A stretch of DNA of 64,000 nt from assembly GCF_020745735.1 (NCBI RefSeq), contig NC_083430.1, forward strand, positions 42,523,375 to 42,587,374, given 5' to 3'. Shown here in pieces: positions 37,391 through 49,519 of the stretch. How positions within the stretch are numbered: the first letter of the stretch is position 1; each line of letters begins with the position of its first letter. This DNA comes from Hemiscyllium ocellatum (Eukaryota). The translations under genes were made by a program, and so were the position numbers. Under the pieces are notes generated by a model. The model worked only from the letters and a program-made list of their open reading frames with translations. It had not been told where the DNA came from and ran no database searches.

Positions 37391-37464
37391 TAGGATGTTG
37401 ATGAATAATTGCTCTTTGAACATTTCAATGTGAATACATTTGTGCACTACCATCTGAAGGTCTA
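37391..37464 (+). ncRNA. C/D snoRNA, U33-like paralog (intron 2)
   Basis: Box C TTGATGA 37398, guide TGTGCACTACCA, box D CTGA 37454, ~68 nt from 3' splice site. Confidence 0.75.
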
Positions 37465-37525
37465 GTTTGTGATGCAGTTTGCTTGTTTAATCATGTAACA
37501 TAGTTACTGTTTTTTTTAAACAAAG

Positions 37526-37591
37526 GTCATAAAGTGGTGGTGGTGAGGTGTGAGGGCATAAACATCTCTGGCAACTTTTACAGGAATAAAC
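37526..37591 (+). CDS. RPL13A: RPL13A exon 3
   Basis: [21 protein letters not shown]. Confidence 0.97.
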
Positions 37592-37734
37592 GTAAGTGTC
37601 TGTCTTGTCTTGTCCCATTCCCTAAAAATACAGCTCGCTTTACATGTAAGGCCTAGTTACACTGCAACTGATCTTGTGTAATGAGCATTCATTTACTACC
37701 ATATTAATTGAAGTTCCTTGAAGTGGCAACTGAA

Positions 37735-37808
37735 GTGTTTGTGATGAATTGAAGTGATTGAGTTTCTCAACAATGAGAATACCTCACATGCACTACCATC
37801 TGAGACAC
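37735..37808 (+). ncRNA. SNORD33: C/D snoRNA U33 (intron 3)
   Basis: GTGATGA...CACATGCACTACCATCTGA (U33 18S guide), terminal stem GTGTT/GACAC. Confidence 0.88.
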
Positions 37809-38191
37809 GTCAGCAAAAGTTTGTTTCAGTACAATTTTAGTGCTCATCTTGTTCATTTTCAACCCCATTTTATGGTTCAGAGGTCTGTGTGAACTCAGTC
37901 CATAAGTAATATTTAAAGTAGAGATTGATAGATTTGTGTTTACCAATGATGTGAAGGGTTATGGGGTTAGTGTCGATTAAAAGGTATAAGTATTTGTTCA
38001 GCCATGGTCATATTAAATGGTGAAACTGGCTTGACTGACTAAATAACCTATTCACATGTGATATCACAACATATGTTGTACATTTTATTAGTAATGTTTC
38101 AACATTGAACTTTAGACTTGACTCCAGCATGTAGTCAAATGGTGTTGACTTTATTCTGCACAGATATTCAGTTACCTCTCTCTCTATGTAG

Positions 38192-38293
38192 TCAAGTATC
38201 TTGCTTTTTTACGCAAGAGGATGAATACTAACCCATCTCGGGGTCCATATCACTTCAGAGCACCAAGCCGAATATTCTGGAGGACCGTAAGAG
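38192..38293 (+). CDS. RPL13A: RPL13A exon 4
   Basis: [33 protein letters not shown]. Confidence 0.97.
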
Positions 38294-39795
38294 GTAATAT
38301 TTTACATTATAAGTTTAGTATAAATTGGTTTCAGTAGCTGTACAAACTTGGCTGCTACATCAAGTTCTTATTTGAAACAGTAATTGCATTTTTGAGAACA
38401 CTGAATAAAGGGCACATTGATGAACAGCTTGCATATTTAATTGTGCCCAAATCTGCCATAGTGATATTATCAGAATGCTTTTAGTACACAGCTTTCTAAG
38501 GAGCTATTTTGACAGGTGATCCAGTAAATAAATTAGGTCTGTATTATAGTGTGTTTAAGATGATGAGAGGTGATCTCATCAATGCATGTAAGATTCTGAA
38601 AGGGCATTTTATCATAGATATTCAAATTGTTTATGCCATTTGGGGAGGCATTGAGCTTTGAGGGTAAAGCTTCACCTTTACAAGCGAGAAGAGAAATTAT
38701 GAATGCTGCATTGTTGAATTCATTTATTTTTACGGTTGGGATAATGTGTCATCTCTTGGGGGTACAAAATATGGATAGTGAGTAAGAAAGTGGATTTGGA
38801 GTTTATGGCAGTACTAATGGGTGAAGCAGGATTGGCAAACCGTTAGGTTTACTCGTGCTGCTTGTGTTCTCTATGACCACATTTTGCTTGGAGCTAGGTA
38901 TTAAGGATATTCACTTAAAGAGCATCAACTGAACAGGTTAGTGAGTAAATTCTAGACCTTGGTTCCTGAGTGCGTGGCTTCAGTTAGTAGAGTGACGAAA
39001 TCAGGGATGAGAGAAAGGCAGTATAAACATGATTAGGGTTGTCAGACTGGAGAATGTTGCAGAGATAATGAGGGGTGAGGACGACAGGAAGTAACTTGAA
39101 AATTAAAACTTTAAAATCTGTGTTGCTGGTCAGACAATACAATGCAGGTCTGTGAGCACTCGGATAATGGGTGCATTGCATATAGGGAAGAACGTTTTGG
39201 ATGAACTTTTACGTGTGGTTGATTCGAAGTGGATGGGTGGATTCTGGACTGGAGAGCATCCCATAATTGAGTTTAAAGTCAATATAGGCATGGATGAGCA
39301 TTTCAGCACCAGGGTGCAGTCAGTGTTACATCCCACAAATTCCAACTGGTTATCTTTTTGTTGGCCCTTTTTAGCACGACTTTAACCTGAAGCACATGAC
39401 TCACTTTCATGCAATATGGTGTAATTAATATCTGATAGGCTGGAATAGCTTGGTTTACAACAGATGATGCTATTTGCAGTTTTAATTCTTGCTTTCATTC
39501 TTTAAGAAGCTCTTTAAAACCTAGCTCTTTGACCAATTTTTTGGTCACCATAATCAAAAGTTATTTTAAGCCAAGTTGTTTGTTTCTAAATGTAATTCTG
39601 ATTTTTGATGGGATATCTAATATTCAAGTGTAAATGAAGCACTGAATCAGTTGGGCATCAATATTTTCCAATCTGTGTACACTTAACTACAGTTCATATC
39701 AGATGGTGATCCTACTGGAACAATTGCAATTGACTATTATTTTTCATCAAACATTGAATACAGAAACATTTTAATTATGCTGTGATTGCTTCAAG

Positions 39796-39881
39796 GTATG
39801 TTGCCACACAAGACAAAACGAGGTCAAGCTGCCTTGGACAGACTGAAGGTCTTCGATGGGATCCCTCCTCCATATGACAAG
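39796..39881 (+). CDS. RPL13A: RPL13A exon 5
   Basis: [28 protein letters not shown]. Confidence 0.97.
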
Positions 39882-39920
39882 GTGCGCAACCTTCCAATTT
39901 TTGATTAATTCATGTTCCTC

Positions 39921-39994
39921 TTCTGTCACTGATGAGTTACCATTACCTACATTGTTTGATTTTTAATGAGAACAAACTTGATACTGAGATAGAA
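39921..39994 (+). ncRNA. SNORD34: C/D snoRNA U34 (intron 5)
   Basis: CTGATGA, guide TACCTACATTG + TTGA (D'), CTGA, terminal stem TTCTGTC/GATAGAA. Confidence 0.88.
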
Positions 39995-40064
39995 TAAGTT
40001 CACTTTTTTAAAGATCACTTTTTGTTCCTTTGGATTGTTCTTAATCTGAAATTTACATTTGCAG

Positions 40065-40124
40065 AGGAAACGCATGGTTGTACCAGCAGCCTTGAAGATC
40101 GTACGTTTGAAACCAACACGAAAG
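40065..40124 (+). CDS. RPL13A: RPL13A exon 6
   Basis: RKRMVVPAALKIVRLKPTRK. Confidence 0.97.
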
Positions 40125-40894
40125 GTAATTCATTTGCACCTGGTGTGACAAACAAGTTTTGAGCCCAATAAGTCCAGGATGGCTCTCTGCAAAAGTAATT
40201 TAGATGATCCCACTTGCCTGTCAAGTCACTTCCCAACATGCTCTTTGCCATGCTGATAAAACTTGTCAGGGCTCCTCTTTGACTCTTACTGAAGTGTACA
40301 GATTGGGACATAGACTCTTAATGTTTTGGCTAGATTTTTCGGTTGTTTTTTGCTTTAGTACCCTATCTCAATCTGTAAAGATCAGGGTTATAAATGCCTG
40401 TTTGCCACTTCAACAACCTGTCTCGGTAGAGTTAATTCAAAGCTGGCTTGATGCTAACCAATGACTCTCTCCACAAGAAAGGAGGGTGGCTGACGTAGTC
40501 TTAGTGGAATGAGGTGTTTCAGGTTTCTCCAGAAGAGTGTTCAAAAGCCTATTTAAGCATCTAGTCATTAAGGGAAATTGGGACAGATAGCTAAAGGCCT
40601 GCTTGAAGAAGGGAACTTTGAGGACTGTCTTAGAGGTGGAGAGCATAAGGTGGAAAGTGGAGTTGCAGGGGCTTGGTAGCTTATCCTTCCTCCTTTGGTG
40701 GAGCGATCAAGGACAGGAATATTAAAAGCTAGAATTAGACGGTGAAAGTAAGCCCATCTTCCGAGCTGCTAATGCAGCATAGCTCATGCATGAAAAAGTG
40801 TATTTGCAGAATTTCTATCAGCTTCTATCACCTGAAGCTGGGCACATGGAACATTTGGGAGATTTGAACAAATTACATAAAGCTTGGCTTACAT

Positions 40895-41621
40895 TGTAAT
40901 AACTTAGACCACTGATGCCTGTATTATGTAAGAAAGACCTGCTGAACAGGGAACTGGGTCTCCAGCAAGAGAGTACAAGGGTGGTCCCATCTTTCTTTCA
41001 AAGATGTCTGCAAGGGAGACATGAACGTAAAGAGGTGGGAGGACACTGCAAGTGATCGCTCTTGCTGGAGGCTGGAATTATGCAGAGGTCTGAAAAGAGG
41101 AGCTGAGGCTTGCTGCTGAAGAAAAGCACACCTGCTGAAAGAAGCAGCACCAAGATAACACTGGAGGACAGCGCCTATCACTGTAACTGAGACTACCACT
41201 CCTGGGTGGTCCTCTGTAGCCATAACAGACGCTGCTCGACCAACAGAGATTGAAGCAAGACCTCCCAGGCTCAGGTCCATGTTCTCACAGGACTAATGGA
41301 TGTCACCACCAGTGTTAACAATTTCTTTGAGGCCTGCTGGTTCTTCTAAGGGATTAAACTGGCAATTGTTTTTGAGAACAAATTTTAATTGGTGTTAATT
41401 GTAAAATTGTCCTTTTGAATGTCACCAGTCCCTCTGTTTCTTTGTTGCTATGAGTTTGCTTGTAATTATTTTATTGATGGAATTAAATACTCTGAAAGAT
41501 TATAGGATAATTTGGTGTTCAGGGGTTTGCATGTATGTATGTAGATCTGCAGATACTGTATGGTCCCTGACTCTTCTGTCAATTTTGAATCATTGCAGTC
41601 AAGCCATATCCTAGCATTACA
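40895..41621. mobile_element. Probable solo LTR in RPL13A intron 6
   Basis: TGTAAT...ATTACA inverted termini, imperfect TSD ACAT/AAAT. Confidence 0.5.
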
Positions 41622-42718
41622 AAATGTGATGACTTCTTCCATCCTGTAACCAAAAATGCTGGATCAGCACAGAGGATGCTGATAAAACTGGGGCTTTCCA
41701 GGCCAAAGGGCTGCCTGGTTTGTTAAGTAATAGAGACTGTTGAAGTCATAGCAGGCCAGAGATGAGACAAAAAAGCACTGGCTGGTGAATTATGAAAACT
41801 GTTAGGGTGAAGATGATAACCAGCAGCAGAGGTAGGATCTGTCAGTGACCAGGCTGAGAGTGAGGCCATAGGACTAAGAATTAGTTTTAAATGAGTTCTT
41901 TGTGTCTGTATTCACGATATAGGGTGATATAAGTAAATAAATCAGGAACTGGGTCAGATATCCTTCAATAAATTAACAATGAGAGAAGGTTCTAGAAGAT
42001 ATAAAAATGGACAACTACCCAGCACCATGTGGAATGTATCTTGCTCTGAGAGCAAAGGGAGAAATTTGCATGGACTCGAATACTAGGCTACTGTTGGCCA
42101 GTGAGTCTAACATCAGTGATATTGGAAAAATGTAAGGAACAGAATTCAATTTCATTCAATTCATCCAGAGTTAGATAAAATGTCACAACTGGAGCACTGT
42201 ACTAATCACACTTTAGGAAAGATGTGATTATGTTAGAGAGCGCAAAGGAGATTCAGCGGGTCTGGGTATTTTAGCAATGAAGCGATACTAGTTAGGTCAT
42301 GTTTCTTCCCTTAGAGTAAAGAAGGCTAATGGAAACCTTGACTTGAAGCACAGTAAGTAAGCATAAACCTTTCCCCTTCGAGATAAGGAACCAGGAGGCT
42401 TGATTTTTAAGGTAAGGAATAGGAGGTTTAGGTGCGATTTGAAGCCCTTGGGGGAGGAGGTTTTCACTCAGTCTGGTGTTTCTGGAACTCTCTGCCTGAA
42501 ACAATGGTCAAAGTGTGAGCCCTCAATTTTAAGTATTTAGGTGAAACCTTGAAATGTCATAGCATCCATGGCCATGGGTCAAATGCTGGAAAATGGAGTT
42601 TGAGCAGACAGGTGCTAGATGTTGTTTATGGGCCTTTTTCAGTGTTGTTGAAGTCTAACTGTGTTATGCCCTCCAAATGCTCAATGTTCTTGACTCTGGA
42701 AAAATTGTTTTTGTGCAG

Positions 42719-42841
42719 TTTGCTGTTCTTGGTCGCCTTGCTCATGAAGTTGGCTGGAAGTACCAAGCAGTAACAGCTACCCTTGAAGAGAAGCGTAAAG
42801 AAAAAGCCAAGCTTCACTATGAGAAAAAGAAGAAAATGTTG
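42719..42841 (+). CDS. RPL13A: RPL13A exon 7
   Basis: [41 protein letters not shown]. Confidence 0.97.
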
Positions 42842-43162
42842 GTAAGGCCTGTGTTTGTTACAATATCTTCAACTTACTGCAATTTTAAAAGGATAATGAC
42901 ACCAAGCTCTTGCTTTCTTGTAAGAATGATCCTACCACCTTCAGCTGCCTTCCCATGAAACATAACTGCTCATTTCCACAATTTTTCTTCCACCCAACCA
43001 GCTGTCTGTGATCTTCATTGCTGTTTTCAGCTGAAATTAGAAGTTCTGTGCTGGCGTTTGATTATAATTGCCCGCCTGTACTTGGATTAAAGCAATTGTT
43101 AAAATTATTATCTGGAAGAACAAAATTCCATTTTATTCATGTCTTATGCATTCTGTTCACAG

Positions 43163-43249
43163 AAACTGAAGAAAATAGCTGAGAAGAATGTTGAAAGCAA
43201 AATAGCCAAGTACACAGCAGTACTGAAGCAATATGGTGTCCTTGTTTAA
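43163..43249 (+). CDS. RPL13A: RPL13A exon 8; AATAAA at 43270
   Basis: KLKKIAEKNVESKIAKYTAVLKQYGVLV*; total CDS 618 nt = 205 aa. Confidence 0.97.
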   Translation, partial: KLKKIAEKNVESKIAKYTAVLKQYGVLV

Positions 43250-43819
43250 TATATTCACTCAGCATTGACAATAAAAGTTGCCTAAAATAAAACTTGTTTA
43301 CTGTGCCTTTATTTTCAGAATGTTCTTGGTTTGTTTTACTGCATGTATTTCTTCGGATGGAAAAACCCTTTCTCTAAGCTAACAGTACTTTTTGATGTTG
43401 AGTTGTTGCTAGAATGCTTAAAGGTTGGGTCGGTGCTGGCAGGTGGGACTAGATTGGGTTGGGATATCTGGTCGGCATGAATGGGTTGGACCGAAGGGTC
43501 TGTTTTCATGCGGTACATCTTTATGACTCTATGGACCTATTTTCATATTGAAGTTAATGTGCTTTATTTAGCATTGTTTTGTGTGGATTGAGAATCTGTG
43601 TTTGGGCTCAAGATAAAATTAGTTCAATGTCTTTATTCTTCCCTCTGCTGCATGTTTGGATGCTTGTAAACTTTGCGTGAATCTGATTGGAAGGGTTTTT
43701 CACAGAATGAAAATTGAACTTTACAAATACATCCTGCCCTTTAGTGTTAGTATTAACAGAATTGCAACCATATGTCCTGGGTTTTGCAGTTCCACCAGAG
43801 CAATGAAATCTGCCAGCTG

Positions 43820-45240
43820 CCATGGTAGACTGGTTAGCAAGGTTTAGATCATGTTGAATCCAAGGAAGTTGGTCAATTGGATACAAAATTGGCTTGAAGG
43901 TAGGAGATAGGGTGGTGGTGAAGGTTTGTTTAACGGACTGGAGGCCTGTGACCAGCGATGTGCCACAAGGATTGGTGCTGGGTCCACTGCTTTTTGTCAT
44001 TTTACGTAAATGGTGTGGATATGAATACGAGGTATAGTTATAAGTTTAGGAGAAAGTGAGGACTGCAGATGCTGGAGATCAGAGCTGAAAATGTGTTGCT
44101 GGAAAAGCGCAGGTGGTCAGGCAGCATCCAAGGAGCAAGAGAATCGATGTTTCGGGCATGAGCCCTTCTTCAGGAAGGGCTCATGCTCGAAACATCGATT
44201 CTCCTGCTCCTTGGATGCTGCCTGACCTGCTGCACTTTTCCAGCAACACATTTTCAGCAGAGTTATAAGTTTGCAAGGCAGATGTTGGTGATTAGAATCG
44301 AGAATCTGATGCAAGTGCAGCAGGTCAGGCAGCATTTGAGGAGCAGGAGAGTTGATGATTAGGGCAAAAGCCCTTCATCAGGAATGAGCTGCCTGTCCTG
44401 CTGTGCTTTTCCAGCACCCCACACACATTTATAAGTTTGCAGACAACACCAAAATTGTACTGGGCAGTGAATAGGGTTCTCTCAGTGCAGTGGAACATTG
44501 ATCAGATGGGATAATGGTCTGAGGAGAGGCAATGGAATTTCATTTAGAGAAATGAGGTGTTGCATTTTGATTAGGTGAATCAGGGCAGAACTTAATTTAG
44601 TCCTGGGGAATGTTGCCAAACCAAGATATCTATGGATGCAGGTTCTTAGTCTATAGAGATGCAGATAGATGGTGGTAAAGAAGGCTTTTGGCGTGCTTAC
44701 CTTCTTTGGTCAGTGCATCGAGTATAGGAGTTGAGGTGTCATGTGGCTGTACAGGACATTGGTGAAGCCACTGTTGCAATACTGCACTCAGTTCTGGTCC
44801 AAAGGTGCAGTAAAGATTTACAAGGATGTTGGTGTAATTGGAGGGTTTGTGCTGTAGGGAGAGGCTGAATAGGCTCTGGCTTTTTTCCAGGAGTGTTGGA
44901 AGCTGAGGGGTGATCTTATGGAGGTTTATAAAATCATGAGGGCATGGATAGGGTGAATAGCTAAGGTCTTATTCCCAGGTTAGAGGGGTCAAACTGGAGG
45001 GCATGAATTTAAGGTGAGAGCAGAAAGGTTTACCTGGTTTGAGTGGCAGAGGGTAGCATGTATGGAATGAGGAAGTGGTGGCGATTGGTACAATTACAAC
45101 ATTCAAATGGTATCTGGATGGGTGTATGAATAGAAAGGCTTTATAGGGATAAGTGCAAGTGAATGGGATGAAATAAATTTAGGATATCTTGTTGGCATGG
45201 ACAAATTGGACTGAAAGGTCTGTTTCTATGCTGTATGACT
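43820..45240 (+). mobile_element. CR1 ORF2 3' half with two Penelope insertions
   Basis: VPQGLVLGP, split KFAD motif, CR1 3' UTR. Confidence 0.85.
44048..44428. mobile_element. Two adjacent short Penelope family A insertions (44048-44260, 44276-44428)
   Basis: Target TTATAAGTTT present three times (~44038, 44263, 44429). Confidence 0.8.
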
Positions 45241-47581
45241 TTAATTTATGAATAGGATTCCTGAGGACGCAACAAAGCATTTTTCTTTCCTAATGAGAGT
45301 GGAACAGTTTCTAATATTTTGCTCTATTGGCAAAATATTGTTGGTATCTGCATCCTTTTAACACCTTTTAGTAAAAGCTTTGGTGCTTTTGCTTTAAGCT
45401 GTATATACTTGCCTCTTATTTCCTCCACCTGGCATTCTATGGTGTGTGACAAATGGAAGAAGTTTCTCTGCTGATTTATGAAGTTCTACCCATCACACAA
45501 GATGTGGAATGTGTATTTGAAATTACCATGCTCAATGATGACTAGAAAATAGCAATGTTTAGAAATCACTTGGTGATAGCGTATCTGTAATACGCTATCA
45601 CCAAGTTGTTAGGAGAGAATGCTACTGGTTAAAGTTGAGAAATTGATGCTTTGCATCACCTGGCTGAATGGGAATTTCTGCTGTTCTTACTGCCTGCCAT
45701 TGGTGTGTTTTGGAAAGATTTACAGTTTGCTAAGCCTGTTTGACTGTGTTATGAACAAAGCTTCCGTGGCCATCAAGTACTGGAATGGGATTCCGATCAA
45801 AAGCAGGAATACCACATGGTCACACAACTTTCTGGATACTGTGTCTTTTAACTCCAGTGGATGATCAATGCAGTTCAGTCACCCCTGTCGGGGGGATGGG
45901 GGAGTTGTCAACCCAGGACTTGTTTTTTTTTCCCCAGTGCTCCTTAACCACAGGTCCTTTATTACTTTTTATGAACAATACTAGTAGTTACATGAACCTA
46001 GATGTGTTTATTGAAATTAACTGTCTAATGAACCTTCTGTAAAACATTTGCACACAGTTGTGAAACTCAGCTTACAAACAGTATGAAGAACCCTCTTTTA
46101 CCATAATAGAAACAATGTGACATTTTGCAATCAATAAATCTGGATCTGAATGTATTGTGTTACATGCAACAAAGCAGATGCTGCTGTTGTCTGTGTGAGC
46201 TCATTGTCTACACCTTCCCGAATGGGTTGGAAATTGAACTCTAGGGAATTCCTTAACTTGAGCTCAGCTGCTTTTGTCTCTTGCTTGAAAAGATATAATA
46301 AGAAAATTTAATGTAATTTTTAAAATCAGATGTCATTGTTTTAAACCACAGAAATGGCAGGCCACGCAGATGGTGTGCTTATTGGCAAAACATGAAGCAT
46401 GTTTTGTATTTGTATTGCTGCCTCAGAGGTGGATGCATCATGTTGAAGACGGCAATTTTGTTTTTACATTTGAAGGGCTTAATGCATGGAGTTAATGTTA
46501 ATTTTCATTATTGGGAGTTGGCTGAAATTCTGTCTCAAAGATGTGATTGCATCTGTTAAACAGCTGGAAAGTTGCTTCTGTGATGAATTTGCCAGTCTCT
46601 CATTGATTGCTGTTGTGCACAACTCTAGATATGAATTGTCAATTGGAAAGGTCAGAGGTATACTGTTTATAGGAAACATTGTCACATTGGTGCAGTGAGC
46701 AGCATGGGAGAGCTGATTATCTTCGATTTAAAAATGTCTGATCTGGGAATGTTTGGATTTTTAAAAATGTAATTGCTATTTCTCATTTGATGAGGATAAC
46801 TTCTTTCAACACTTGTGGGTGTTCCATCTGAAACAGTGCACGTTTTTTGCTTTTAACTCTAGCAAAAAATTTTGTAACTCCAGGTTGGAAAGTTGAGGAT
46901 CACTCTGTTTTGCAAATTTGTATTTCAATTACTACGTCCACACATCCTCTGTTGAAACCCCTGTTTAAAAGAATTTTATATTTTCAGCAGCTTTCCCCAC
47001 TTTCCACATCGATTTGACCAATGTCAAATATTCAACTATGGAGGGTATATTCTGAGCTATTTCAAAAGCCATTGCAATTGGAGATGCTTTTGGTTAAATT
47101 AAGATCATAGGAGAATTGCTTGCAGTAAAAAAACACTTGTGACCAAATGCATTAATCTGTGTTAACCATATTCTGTTTCATTTGTGTTTTTTTAATCATT
47201 TTGTCCTATTTTCATAAAATGTGAATATCAGAATTAATAATTACATTTCCCTGAAGTATGATCACCACTTAGTGATTTTTTTTCATGCAATCCTCAGAAA
47301 TATGGATCTACTTTGAGGACTTAGCACACTTTGGTTGTCAATTGCACAGCAACACTTCAAGAATATGTATGCAGAGATCTCTCCCTGCAAAGTTCATATT
47401 TTCTAATCAACCTGTTCACTTTTAATTCCCAACCTCTGAGTTGGGAGGACTTGAGCACAGGTTTCCTGGATCAGAAGTAGGGACATTACCACTCTGCCAC
47501 AGCAATCCTATCCCTACTGAATTTTTTTTTTCTTAATTCCCTCCTGGGTTTAGGGAAATGAGGCTAAGCATTCTCCGCAGT

Positions 47582-47730
47582 TGGAGAAAGTGAGGAGTGC
47601 AGATGCTGGAGATTAGAGTTGAGTGTGTGGTGTTGGAAAAGCACAGTAGGTCAGGCAGCATCTAATGAACAGGGGAATCAACGTTTCAGACATAAGCCCT
47701 GATGAAGGTGCTTTACCAGCACCACACTTG
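47582..47730 (-). mobile_element. Short Penelope family A insertion
   Basis: TSD-like TTCTC(C/A)GCAGT; junction at hammerhead core. Confidence 0.75.
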
Positions 47731-47865
47731 TTCTCAGCAGTACCCAATTTTTTTCTTCCACATGACCTGTGAAAGGATTGTAGTTGTCTCACTAAAGGAC
47801 AAACTCAACAGGAGATCTAAGGTTGGTCATTAATTTTACGTTTACAAGAAATTATGTGGGCAAGT

Positions 47866-48100
47866 TGTGTGGAGTTTGCACGTTCTCCCCGTGTTTGCGT
47901 AGGTTTCCTCCGGGTGCTCCAGTTTCCTCCCACAGTCCAAAGATGTGCGGATCAGGTGAATTGGCCATGCTAAATTGCCCGTAGTGTTAGGTAAGGGGCA
48001 AATGTAGGGGTATGGGTGGGTTTCGCTTCGGCAGGTCGGTGTGGACTTGTTGGGCCGAAGGGCCTGTTTCCACACTGCAAGTAATCTAATCTAATCTAAT
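47866..48100 (+). mobile_element. HE1 SINE, 5' truncated
   Basis: V-SINE-like core plus (TAATC)n tail. Confidence 0.85.
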
Positions 48101-49519
48101 CAAGTGAAAATGCTGTTCATTGTTTTAATATTATACAAACTGAATTGAATCCATCCATAACTGAAGTAAGCCAGTTTAACAATCATTATTGTTTCTCATT
48201 TCTTCAGCCTGGTCTGCCTTATTTCTAAGGAAGGATTTTTGCCCAAATAGTTGATTTTCCTGCTCCTCTGATAATGCCTGACCTGCTGTGCTTTTCCAGC
48301 ACCACTCTCATCTAGACCCTGGTCTGCCTTATGATACATAATGGGGAAAGAATATTACTACATTTTTGGGTTATGTTCTTATTGTAGAATTGGGAAGTAT
48401 GAGCAAACTGAGCATTGCCCAGTCACCACCATCTGGTATTTGAGATCTCCATCAACTTCACTGATACTTTCTCTTGAAAATAAAACAGGTATTACTTCTG
48501 ATTCAATTTGACTTTTTTAATACTTCTCTCTCAAATGATGAATTATCAGTTTAATTTCTATTAAAAGATGATGTATTAAACAGGGGTTTGCCTAATTTTC
48601 TATACATTTATTTTACTCATGTTTTCAAAAAGTGTCAAAACTGAACTTCCATATTACTTCAATTTCATTGCCCTTTTTCTTGTCCAATTCTACGAGCCAG
48701 AAATCTAATCACAGCACCGCTTGAAAACAATTGAAGATGTCACTCCTGTAACATCTGTTCCTTTTTAGCTGGCTATATCAACATCGTTGATGAGGCCAAT
48801 ATTTTTAAACTATAGAGGTCATTCCCTCAGAAAAAATAAATTTCTTCACTCGTCCAACTACAACTTCTCTCTTTATTAAGTCACTCTTTAATTCAACTCC
48901 AGACAATGGAAATGTTTTGCAATCTCCTTGCGTGCTTCCAATAAATATGATTTGGAGGGGCTGGTATCGGACTGGAGTGGACCAAGTTAAAAATCACAAC
49001 ATCATGTTATATCCAATAGGTTTATTTGGAAGCTAGTGCTATGTCCAATAAATAATATATTTCTGATCTTCAACCCCTCTGGAAGACAGGTGTCTTCAGC
49101 CCGCATTAGTGACTGATTTGCACATGTTTCTTAATATCTTTCTTGGATTGCCTCCTTGATTAGAAGAATAAGGAACTACTGCTTTTGAAATAAAATATTC
49201 ATAACCACCTTTCTTCTTTGTCCTGAGCTATCTCTCCCTGATTTGTATGTTCTGAGAGAATGTACTCCAGTACCACTGCTACTGTTTTAATTCCAAAATC
49301 CTTTCCTGCTGTATCCCTTTTCTAAGGATTCTTTTGGTGATACGACTACTACAATAGGTCTCTCAGTTAAGTTCCAACAATTTAGCTTTGGTGTGTCCAG
49401 TTAGTGATGAATGGATATTATTTTCTTTATATCAATTTTTAAGTGCCGGCCTTTCTTCTTCAAGCTTTTTTGTCTTCGATCCCAAAAATTAGTACCCTTT
49501 TCATTCCCAGTTTTCTTTA

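Noticed and set aside
38415-38480. Box C-like TTGATGA in RPL13A intron 4
   Set aside because: No box D or recognisable rRNA guide
40200-40260. Possible U35 snoRNA (GATGAT..CTGA) in RPL13A intron 6
   Set aside because: No U35 guide; region resembles a reverse CR1 3' UTR
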